Virus record (IMG/VR): IMGVR_UViG_3300032320_001532
Coordinates: 1 to 27,064 of that record
Source: a virus
Taxonomy: Duplodnaviria; Caudoviricetes
DNA length: 27,064 nt
Strand: one strand, 5' to 3'
Shown here: positions 9,069-16,451 of the stretch, piece after piece
Layout of the letters: the number at the start of each line of letters is the position of its first letter
How positions within the stretch are numbered: position 1 is the stretch's first letter
The notes under the pieces: model-generated
What the model was told of the DNA's origin: nothing
The model's input: only the letters and a program-made list of their open reading frames with translations
The model's database searches: none
Program-made: the position numbers and the translations under genes

Positions 9069-9082
9069 AACCTTTCTCTATA

Positions 9083-9376
9083 TTAATTAATTAGCATTCG
9101 GACAAGGCCGATGGTATCTATTGTGGTCAACAAGATGTAGTTAGCCAACATGCCAAATGATTGCCTAGTATAAGCGCACCAAGCATAGATAGCGCAACCA
9201 GCGATCCACACAGGATACAAAGCAAGAAGAGGCGGATTAGGGACAGTGACAGCCATAGTGATGCTACACCCAATTGAAATTGCCCAAGCCAGTATTTCAA
9301 GTACAAAGCGTAATTTATCGCTGTGCCAGTCATCTTTGATCCAATCAATAGTAGGTTTAAAAATATTAACAATCAT
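9083..9376 (-). CDS. Small membrane protein with about three TM helices
   Basis: 97 aa, three hydrophobic segments; ATGA-coupled to the upstream gene. Confidence 0.78.
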   Translation of the reverse strand: MIVNIFKPTIDWIKDDWHSDKLRFVLEILAWAISIGCSITMAVTVPNPPLLALYPVWIAGCAIYAWCAYTRQSFGMLANYILLTTIDTIGLVRMLIN

Positions 9377-9633
9377 TTATCTTTACCAACAGTGACAATG
9401 ATAGTTTCTAAATCGTCAAAGTCGCTGAATACATCATTCCAATTGCCTTTGTGTGCAATACTAATTGCCTTGTTAATTAATGCTGGTTTGACGTCTAATT
9501 CTTCCGCTACTGCCTTAACAGTTTCTTTTAAGCCTTCTGTTAGACTTTCAATTTCGTATTTGATTTGAACGCCTTCGTTGATTAATCTTTCTAATTTGGC
9601 CTTTTCCTCTGGTCCGTAGGTGCGATCGCCCAT
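9373..9633 (-). CDS. Small helical dsDNA-binding protein (T4 DsbA/GapR-like)
   Basis: 86 aa coiled-coil pattern EIESLTEGLKETVKAVAEELDVKPALINKAISIAHK; AGGAG SD. Confidence 0.65.
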   Translation of the reverse strand: MGDRTYGPEEKAKLERLINEGVQIKYEIESLTEGLKETVKAVAEELDVKPALINKAISIAHKGNWNDVFSDFDDLETIIVTVGKDK

Positions 9634-9658
9634 GTAAATCTCCTAAGTAATAAATTTT

Positions 9659-9687
9659 ATTATATATGTATGCTTGACGGAAGTCAA
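9659..9687 (-). promoter_or_regulatory. Sigma70-type promoter for the replication module
   Basis: TTGACT (9687-9682), 17 bp spacer, TATAAT (9664-9659). Confidence 0.88.
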
Positions 9688-9707
9688 TGATTATTTTTTC
9701 AAAAGAT

Positions 9708-9733
9708 AAAAAAAGCGGCCGAAGCCGCTTTTT
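9708..9733 (-). terminator. Rho-independent terminator, possibly bidirectional
   Basis: Minus strand AAAAAGCGGC-TTCG-GCCGC-TTTTTTT: a cUUCGg tetraloop hairpin with a U-tract, just downstream of 9747..11969. Confidence 0.93.
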
Positions 9734-9746
9734 AATTGAACAAAGT

Positions 9747-11969
9747 TTAAGCAGTTGGGGGTGTGTTAGACGCTGCCGCCGCTTGATTTTGCCCTGGAGC
9801 CGCCTTTGCTTTAGCCTGCTGTAGTTTGTTTAACTTGCCTAATACTGTTTCTAAACGTTTCTGAACTTCTACAGGTAAACCTTTAACTACTTCTGGGTTT
9901 TTACCAAACTCTTCAAGAACTTTTAGATGTTTTTGTAATTCAGCCAAGTCAGCAGGATCCATTTCTAGATCTCCGCCTTTGATCCAATCCATAAACTTAC
10001 TGATACCAAATCCAGCAGCCGCAGTAGATAGAATAGCCACACCTGCGGCTATTCTTGGATTTCTCATAGCCGCACCAGCAACCTTGCCGCCTACTTTGTT
10101 TAATACGCCCTTGGCTTTATCTAACCAACTGGCCTTTCCAGGTTCTGGTGCTGGCGCTGGTGCAGGTGTTGGTGTTTTAGGTGCTGGATTACCAGGAGTA
10201 TTACCTAAGTAGTCTGGTCTAATTGGATTGCCTTTGGAATCCACTGGAGCCTTGCCAAAGTCTTTGGGGACATCAACACTGCCGGTAACACTGCGTTTTG
10301 GTTTTGTATCTGGTGCTGAATCTGGATAGAATTTACCGTTAACAAATTTTTCGTCTAATTTTGCAGACTCATCGATAAATTGTTTCATAATCGACATCTG
10401 CTCAGACTCAGAAAACACTTTAATGTTTGCCATAACAAATGAACGTAGTTCATCTTCTGTCATAGATTCTAAATTTTCTACAGTAATAGACTCTGTAATT
10501 TTATATTTGGTCATTAACGCTTCGATAGCAGTTAATGATTGTGTTAACTTACTGCGAGCAATAACATTTTTACCGTCTGCTAGAAGTTTTTCTAATTCTG
10601 GAGTAATTTTTCCAGTTTCAGGTAGTCCTGCTAATTTTTCAAATGCCTTAATGCCTGCAACAGTTTTTGGTCCCATACGTCCATCAATAGGACCTGGATC
10701 AACACCTAATGCTTTAAGTTGTTCTTGAACCTTTTGTACTTTTGGATCAGCAACTCCAGGTTTTTTATCATTAGGTTTTGTTGGATCTGTTGGATTTGTT
10801 GGATCTGCTGGCTTTTCGTCTGAACTAAATTGTGCTGGTAGGTCTAATGCTTGTTTAGTTAGTGTTTGGATTTCAGGATCGTCTTTAAAATCTGTTCCTA
10901 AATCTGCGGCCAGTCTTTGTAATTCTTTATATTCGTCTGCGGTCAATGCTTCAGACAATGTTGTACCTTCGGCAATACGTTGGATACGATTCATTAACTC
11001 ACTCATGCTTTCAGTTTTAGGAGCCGTTTTGGGCACAGCCGCTTTAGACTCTTTTGCTTTAGCAAGTAATTCTTTTATTCTTTTTAATTTTGCTTCTTTG
11101 TCGCCACTTGTGGCTACAGTAGATTGTGCGCCTGTACCGCCGCCCGATGTTGCTGGAGCAGCCGCAGGTTTTTCTACACCATCTTTTTCTGCTGTGGCCA
11201 TAGCAGTCTTGGCTGTTTCTAGTTCTTTGGCCATTTCTGGATCTTTGCCTATGCCATCTTTTTCTGCTGTATCCAATAGTGCTTTTAATTCGTCATAGAC
11301 TTGCTGTACTTCAGGTGCTAATTTTGCACCAGGACTATCTACACCAACTACTCTTTCTTCGATACCTTGATCAATAACTTCGTCTTGGAATTCCTTTAAT
11401 AGACTTTCAAAAATTGAACTTTCGAAAGGCTTGTTAGGAAGTTTAAGGCCAATACCGCTGGATTGACTGAGACTACTACCGCTTTTTACAGCAGATACTG
11501 TGGAATTTAATTTTGTCACTAGATCTTTTAATTTTGGCAGTGTATCTGTTTTAAATTTTTCAACTTTTTGTTTAGTAATAGCACCAGTACTTGCATTTTT
11601 AACATCTGTATCGTATTGACCTTTATCATCGCCACGGAACATACGTCCTAAACCAGTTGATGTTTTTGCGTTTTGTGGAACTAAACCTAGATCTGCAAGT
11701 TCTTTATCTGCACTAGATGATGCTGTTGCGGCAATACTATATCCTTGATTGCCCATGCCAGTTGGCATACTTTGCTTACGAACAAAATAACCGCTAATGG
11801 GATCATACAAACCAGGAAGTTTGTGTTTCCATGCTAGATCGTTTAAAATATTTGCACGACCTTGTTCGTCTTTTTCTTTGCCTTGCACGGCGGCTTCAAC
11901 GTCCTGTAATGTAATTGCTTCAGATAGAACTACATTATCTAGTTTGTTTAGAATTGATCTAATATCCAT
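9747..11969 (-). CDS. Large mosaic protein with a peptidoglycan-binding (PG_binding_1-like) domain; putative virion or ejected protein
   Basis: VQKVQEQLKALGVDPGPIDGRMGPKTVAGIKAFEKLAGLPETG (about 10600-10740); Pro/Ala linkers; hydrophobic Gly/Ala helix near the C-terminus. Confidence 0.8.
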   Translation of the reverse strand: MDIRSILNKLDNVVLSEAITLQDVEAAVQGKEKDEQGRANILNDLAWKHKLPGLYDPISGYFVRKQSMPTGMGNQGYSIAATASSSADKELADLGLVPQNAKTSTGLGRMFRGDDKGQYDTDVKNASTGAITKQKVEKFKTDTLPKLKDLVTKLNSTVSAVKSGSSLSQSSGIGLKLPNKPFESSIFESLLKEFQDEVIDQGIEERVVGVDSPGAKLAPEVQQVYDELKALLDTAEKDGIGKDPEMAKELETAKTAMATAEKDGVEKPAAAPATSGGGTGAQSTVATSGDKEAKLKRIKELLAKAKESKAAVPKTAPKTESMSELMNRIQRIAEGTTLSEALTADEYKELQRLAADLGTDFKDDPEIQTLTKQALDLPAQFSSDEKPADPTNPTDPTKPNDKKPGVADPKVQKVQEQLKALGVDPGPIDGRMGPKTVAGIKAFEKLAGLPETGKITPELEKLLADGKNVIARSKLTQSLTAIEALMTKYKITESITVENLESMTEDELRSFVMANIKVFSESEQMSIMKQFIDESAKLDEKFVNGKFYPDSAPDTKPKRSVTGSVDVPKDFGKAPVDSKGNPIRPDYLGNTPGNPAPKTPTPAPAPAPEPGKASWLDKAKGVLNKVGGKVAGAAMRNPRIAAGVAILSTAAAGFGISKFMDWIKGGDLEMDPADLAELQKHLKVLEEFGKNPEVVKGLPVEVQKRLETVLGKLNKLQQAKAKAAPGQNQAAAASNTPPTA

Positions 11970-11994
11970 TTGTTTGTCCCCAAAATCTTATTAT

Positions 11995-12002
11995 GTATTT
12001 AT
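11995..12002 (-). promoter_or_regulatory. Late-type promoter element ATAAATAC
   Basis: About 26 nt upstream of ATG 11969; the same 8-mer precedes two other genes; resembles the T4 gp55 late promoter TATAAATA. Confidence 0.65.
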
Positions 12003-12004
12003 CA

Positions 12005-12091
12005 GTGCTCACTTTAAATCGTCAGGGTAGCGAATCCGTTGATTAGCCCAGCAGCCGGGCACATAACCTCTAACGGTCCCGAGGTATGTTC
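12005..12091 (-). ncRNA. Candidate structured RNA (three hairpins plus possible pseudoknots), family unknown
   Basis: GC-richer intergenic segment. Stems ACAUACCUC/GAGGUUAUGU, GCCC/GGGC and AAUC/GAUU; loop CCGUU is complementary to downstream AACGG. Strand assumed from the neighbouring genes. Confidence 0.5.
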
Positions 12092-12190
12092 TTATTCATC
12101 ATAAGGAATTCCTGCTAACCCGCAACCAAAGCGAGCAAGCCCTTCTACAATATCATTAAACAGGGCTGTAAGGGTTTCTCGGACGGTCAT
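12092..12190 (-). CDS. Putative 32-aa microprotein MTVRETLTALFNDIVEGLARFGCGLAGIPYDE
   Basis: GGAGG SD followed by three in-frame ATGs (12199, 12196, 12190); below the ORF-track length cutoff. Confidence 0.4.
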   Translation of the reverse strand: MTVRETLTALFNDIVEGLARFGCGLAGIPYDE

Positions 12191-12230
12191 AACCATCATC
12201 CTCCGGGTAAACTGGGTATTCGTTTTCCAT
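12156..12230 (-). CDS. Putative 24-aa microprotein MENEYPVYPEDDGYDRPRNPYSPV
   Basis: The ATG overlaps the dps stop (TAATG), the same coupling used by neighbouring genes. Confidence 0.4.
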   Translation of the reverse strand: MENEYPVYPEDDGYDRPRNPYSPV

Positions 12231-12664
12231 TATTTTAATGTTGCTCTTAACATCCATGAATGCTTACGATGTGCATCTTGACGATCTGCTAGGAAATTAG
12301 CAAGACCAAATTCGTTGTTTGTTTCTGCAATTTTATAAACCAAGCCGAATAAGTTGGCCATTTTATCAGAGTCTTCTAACAATATCTGTGTCATAGACAT
12401 TGCATCTGGAATTTCTGTTTCGTCATCGATTTTACTAAGCATAGTAAAACGTTCAAAACTACCAGGAGTATAACTACCGCTCTTACGAATGTTTTCCGCA
12501 AACGGATCTATGCTTCCATATACTTCTTCGTAGATGTTTCCAAACAAGTCATGAAACTCTGCAAAGTCTGGACCTTCTACGTTCCAGTGAAAATAATGTG
12601 CCTTTAGATAGAAACTAAATTCACTTGCGAATACTATTTTAAGTGCTTTTGCTAATTCTTCCAT
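12230..12664 (-). CDS. dps: Dps / DNA-binding ferritin-like protein
   Basis: KAHYFHWNVEGPDF..FHDLF...YEE....D..AE ferroxidase signature; C-terminal KHSWML. Confidence 0.93.
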   Translation of the reverse strand: MEELAKALKIVFASEFSFYLKAHYFHWNVEGPDFAEFHDLFGNIYEEVYGSIDPFAENIRKSGSYTPGSFERFTMLSKIDDETEIPDAMSMTQILLEDSDKMANLFGLVYKIAETNNEFGLANFLADRQDAHRKHSWMLRATLK

Positions 12665-12898
12665 TTATGCCACCTGTGCTATTGCGTATATTGCTGTAAC
12701 TAACATAGTTTTTAAATTTATGTCGTCAGCCTCTTCTTCTAATTTATCTGTCCTAACTAAGTCTAACATTAGTTCTTTAAACTCGTCATTGTCAATTTGT
12801 TGTTGTTGATATGCTTCGCATATACTTAGTGCTAATGTAGCACGTTCTGCGGCCCAAGGGCGACCACATTGTGTTAACTGCTGTAACTGTTCAATCAT
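12665..12898 (-). CDS. Small helical hypothetical protein
   Basis: 77 aa; TAATG-coupled to the upstream lipoprotein gene. Confidence 0.75.
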   Translation of the reverse strand: MIEQLQQLTQCGRPWAAERATLALSICEAYQQQQIDNDEFKELMLDLVRTDKLEEEADDINLKTMLVTAIYAIAQVA

Positions 12899-13284
12899 TA
12901 GAATCTCCCCAATATAGCACTAGCGGCTTTTTCTGATTGGGTAGTCATTAATTTCTTTTTAATTTCGCAGTAGGTTTCGCTACCCTGCTTTTCATTACTA
13001 CGTTTGTAAAAATCATCTACTGTTTCCTGCATAGGCTTAACTAATTTAAGAACATCATTTTGTCTCCAACCTTTGCTTTCGCTGTAAAGTTGAAACCAAT
13101 CTAAATTGTCTTTAATACGTTTGACCTGAGGAGCATGTGTTTGTTTGCAATCTAATTGCTGAACACTTTGACGCACATCGATAATACGTGCGGATTGATT
13201 TGGATCACTGAAACTAGGAACCCATTCCTTAACAGTAGCGCAACCTGTTAATGTTAGTGCTAGTGCTAAGACAAGGGCTCGCAT
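12898..13284 (-). CDS. Putative lipoprotein
   Basis: MRALVLALALTLTGC: signal peptide II with LTGC lipobox; two further Cys. Confidence 0.82.
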   Translation of the reverse strand: MRALVLALALTLTGCATVKEWVPSFSDPNQSARIIDVRQSVQQLDCKQTHAPQVKRIKDNLDWFQLYSESKGWRQNDVLKLVKPMQETVDDFYKRSNEKQGSETYCEIKKKLMTTQSEKAASAILGRF

Positions 13285-14153
13285 TACTCTTTTGGTACAC
13301 AGTTAGGAACTGTGCGGCCACCTTTTTTCTTGGTACCTACTGGCTTGTAGCCTTTCCAGCATGGATTGTCTTTAGGGTCTTTAAGACCTTCTTCAATCAT
13401 TTGTAGGTAATCTGCAAAAGATTTTCTAGATTCAGCAGTTGGTGCTGGAGCAGGCTGTGGAGTACCGCCCGTAGGAGTTACTGTATTTTGTACAGCACCA
13501 CCAGCAGTCTTTTTCTGTGCAACAGTTTGTGTGCCCATATCGTATTCAGCATTACTATCGCCAGTCTCTTTACCAGTCTTGTCATATGTTTTAACAATAT
13601 TCATAGGACCGTTAATATACTTTACAGTAATGTTACCAGTAACTAGATCGTGTTCTTGACTGAGTCCGGAAAAGTTAGGACTAGTGTATTTGATAGCCTT
13701 GCCTGCTTTATCGTAGGTAAATGTTCCAGCGCCAGATGAGTGTACTCTAGTACCGTCCTGATTTACAGTAAGTTTTTCACCATTGCCTAAATCATATGGG
13801 CCGGGTTGAGAAAAATCGCCTTCGGGAAATGGAGGTGCTTGTGGAACTTGAAGATTGGGTTTAAATCCTGGATCACCGGGCTTGCCCGCTTCCTCTAAAT
13901 CACTATCTTCTTTTTTAGCAGAATTATTTGCAGTTTTGACACCATACATCTTAGCCACTGCTTTTTCGTCATATGGTCTAAAGTCGCTGAGTTTTTCTTT
14001 TGCGGCATCTGCTGCCGAAGAAATTTTGTCAGCAACTGTTTTTAATGTATTGTTTTCATGAACAATAGACACAAAACGGCGCATATCATTTGCGCCTTCT
14101 ACTTTGCGACTAGAGGCTTTATCTAGTGCTTGTAAAATTTGTTTCATGTCCAT
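13284..14153 (-). CDS. Mosaic hypothetical protein, putative internal head protein
   Basis: Central beta-repeat-like region; C-terminal mini-module CWKGYKPVGTKKKGGRTVPNCVP after an IEE junction. Confidence 0.8.
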   Translation of the reverse strand: MDMKQILQALDKASSRKVEGANDMRRFVSIVHENNTLKTVADKISSAADAAKEKLSDFRPYDEKAVAKMYGVKTANNSAKKEDSDLEEAGKPGDPGFKPNLQVPQAPPFPEGDFSQPGPYDLGNGEKLTVNQDGTRVHSSGAGTFTYDKAGKAIKYTSPNFSGLSQEHDLVTGNITVKYINGPMNIVKTYDKTGKETGDSNAEYDMGTQTVAQKKTAGGAVQNTVTPTGGTPQPAPAPTAESRKSFADYLQMIEEGLKDPKDNPCWKGYKPVGTKKKGGRTVPNCVPKE

Positions 14154-14157
14154 GTTA

Positions 14158-15420
14158 TTATCCGTTCAAACGTGTCATTAATTGTTTCATACGAGATAAG
14201 TCAGCAGATTCTTTAACTGTTTCTTTTTTCTTATCTGCTTTACCGCCCATCTCGTCTTTGCCTAAACGACCAGCAATGACATCGCCTTTAGTTACTTTGT
14301 CGTATGGTTTGGCATTGTTGGCTAAGTTACCGTCGCCCTTTTTCTTTTCAGCAACAACTTTTCTAACAATAGACTTAACTAGGTCTTGATCTTCTTTAAA
14401 TTCTGGATTTGTTGGCCCAGGAGTCTTTTCACTCCATTCTTTACCTTTATTAGGTCCAGAAGTTACTTTTGGATACTTACCAGTCTTTGGATCTTTCTTA
14501 GGAGCGGCTGTAGCACCATCTGGTGGGCTCATTACTTGACCTTCGTCAGTTTTCTTTGCTTTCTTTTCTGGAAGACCTTTGTGTTTTGTACTAGCAAAGT
14601 CTTCAGCAGATTTCTTGCTCATACCTTTAGCGGCTTTTGCAACTTCTTTACTGGCTGGCTTTTCGCCTTTCTTAGCGGCGTGTACCATGCCCATGAACTT
14701 TTGTTGTGCTTTACTTACAGCCTTTTCAACTACTTGTGTAAGGGCTTCTTTAACCATCTTGTCTTTTTCTTTTTTGCTCTTAGCGTCTTTTTCAGCCTTG
14801 GCAATCTTCTCGGCGGCTTCGTCGATTTCATCCTTAACACGGATGCTGGCCACAGTCCAACCTGGATTATCACGCTTCATGCGATCACGCACTTCGCCCT
14901 GTGATTCGCCTTCGTCGGCAACAGTGGTAACGCCACGAGTCTTGTTATCTTTTTCAAGTTTAACAAAGTATTGTTTACGTTCTGATTTGTCAACTTGACC
15001 TTTCTTTTTGTCTGTTGCACGTACACCAGATGCTTCTTTAACTGCACCCTCTAACAAGGATTTTAATTTTTGTTCATATGTAGTCATTTCGTCGATTTTC
15101 CTTTCTTCGTCATCCATATCAGATACTGGTTCATCGCTTGGTAGCTCTTGTTCAGCATCTCCTGTAATGTCGTCGATGTTGGATGCGTGACTTCCATCGC
15201 CGAACTTAACTTGATATTCCATATAGTGATAAACACTATCTAGATAATCTGCACTCTTAGTGATCTTAGCCTGTACCCAACCCTCTAAATCCTGTCCATC
15301 TTGAATCATTTGGAACAGTTTCATTGAATATTTGGCGGCCCTGTATAGTTCAGAACGGGCCATAGAACCTTCATGGTCATCTACGGGTCCTGGCATTACT
15401 GGTCTCATTTCGTCGTGCAT
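14158..15420 (-). CDS. Mosaic Lys-rich hypothetical protein with a DUF3008-like module, putative internal head protein
   Basis: AVSKAQQKFMGMVHAAKKG...MSKKSAEDFASTKHKGLP recalls DUF3008; AGGAG SD; late-type promoter upstream. Confidence 0.8.
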   Translation of the reverse strand: MHDEMRPVMPGPVDDHEGSMARSELYRAAKYSMKLFQMIQDGQDLEGWVQAKITKSADYLDSVYHYMEYQVKFGDGSHASNIDDITGDAEQELPSDEPVSDMDDEERKIDEMTTYEQKLKSLLEGAVKEASGVRATDKKKGQVDKSERKQYFVKLEKDNKTRGVTTVADEGESQGEVRDRMKRDNPGWTVASIRVKDEIDEAAEKIAKAEKDAKSKKEKDKMVKEALTQVVEKAVSKAQQKFMGMVHAAKKGEKPASKEVAKAAKGMSKKSAEDFASTKHKGLPEKKAKKTDEGQVMSPPDGATAAPKKDPKTGKYPKVTSGPNKGKEWSEKTPGPTNPEFKEDQDLVKSIVRKVVAEKKKGDGNLANNAKPYDKVTKGDVIAGRLGKDEMGGKADKKKETVKESADLSRMKQLMTRLNG

Positions 15421-15439
15421 GATTAAATCTCCTGATATT

Positions 15440-15447
15440 GTATTTAT
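15440..15447 (-). promoter_or_regulatory. Late-type promoter element ATAAATAC
   Basis: Overlaps the stop of 15444..16451; about 20 nt upstream of ATG 15420. Confidence 0.6.
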
Positions 15448-16451
15448 CGTTTTGCTATACTGCCGCCTGTCAACAGATTAGCCTTCATATCTAGTGCATT
15501 TTTAGCAGTACCGTCTTTATTTTTAGGGGTTTTACCTGCTTTATTTTTATAAATTGCGCCCACTTGCATATTTCCAGAATTAGTAGTACCGGCAGATGGA
15601 TCTTCGTTGAATTTTTCAATACCACGACTTTGTACCCCGCCTTTTTTGCGTTTAGCGGCTAGTTCCTCTAGACCATGACGTACTTGTTCTAAGTTCTGTT
15701 CTAAACCCATAAACATTCCGCCTTTAGCAAGTTTTGTAATCTGTACCCAAATTGCCAAGTCATCGCTTTCGGCCATCTTTGCTAGTTCTTGTAGTTGTCT
15801 ACGTGTTTGTAAAATGCGTCCTTTTAATGTCATGGGATTTGCTTTTTCGTGACTATGAATCATAGGATCCATTGGATCATCTGTAGCGGCAATGGGTGTT
15901 TCGTCTATTCGTTTTGCTTTTGAGATATACTGATTAAGAGCAACGGATACTTCAATCGAATGATCGGGATTTGCACATCGAACAATAGGTTTGTTTGTTG
16001 AATCTACTACATAAGAATCCATAGGCTGACAGGGTAATTTATATTGACCTGCTAGACTTTTTTCATATTTTTCTGCTGATAGTTTTTCTTGTTTAGCACG
16101 TTTGGCATCGGCATGTGCTTGAGTAAAACCATCGGTAAGTTGATCTGCTACAGTTTCCTGCATCTGTGCCATTTGTACAGCCTGCGCGGCCAATCTTGCA
16201 GGAATGCCTTCTTTAACAAGTTTATCCTGTGCTTGTTGTTCGCTCATACCCTGTGCTAATAATGCTTTGGCACGTTTAGCCAGTTCCATCATGTCGATAA
16301 CCCCGCCTTCATTTACTTTCTTTTTACCAGCACAATGCGCCTTTTGACTGAAACCTTTAGGATTAGAACAATTAATACTGTTCTTATATTTTTGACTCCA
16401 TTTTTCTTCTAAGTCTTTTTTATCTTCAATAACAATATCTATTAGTTTCAT
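15444..16451 (-). CDS. Mosaic hypothetical protein, putative internal head protein
   Basis: N-terminus MKLIDIVIE; mini-module KWSQKYKNSINCSNPKGFSQKAHC after LEE. Confidence 0.8.
   Translation of the reverse strand: MKLIDIVIEDKKDLEEKWSQKYKNSINCSNPKGFSQKAHCAGKKKVNEGGVIDMMELAKRAKALLAQGMSEQQAQDKLVKEGIPARLAAQAVQMAQMQETVADQLTDGFTQAHADAKRAKQEKLSAEKYEKSLAGQYKLPCQPMDSYVVDSTNKPIVRCANPDHSIEVSVALNQYISKAKRIDETPIAATDDPMDPMIHSHEKANPMTLKGRILQTRRQLQELAKMAESDDLAIWVQITKLAKGGMFMGLEQNLEQVRHGLEELAAKRKKGGVQSRGIEKFNEDPSAGTTNSGNMQVGAIYKNKAGKTPKNKDGTAKNALDMKANLLTGGSIAKR

Noticed and set aside
10140-10811. Short tandem repeats (gttggatct-like; ggtgct-like)
   Set aside because: They encode Pro-rich linkers (DPTNPT, PAPAP); not CRISPR or regulatory repeats.
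12019-12025. CUGACGA on the minus strand, resembling the hammerhead core CUGANGA
   Set aside because: No downstream stem II followed by GAAA, so it is not a hammerhead.
12005-12229. Possible tRNA or preQ1 riboswitch in the largest intergenic gap
   Set aside because: No cloverleaf or T-loop GTTC-RA, and no preQ1-I stem with A-rich tail.
12665-13284. Lipoprotein and neighbour as a spanin pair
   Set aside because: No inner-membrane coiled-coil i-spanin gene overlaps or precedes it, and it is not next to lysis genes.
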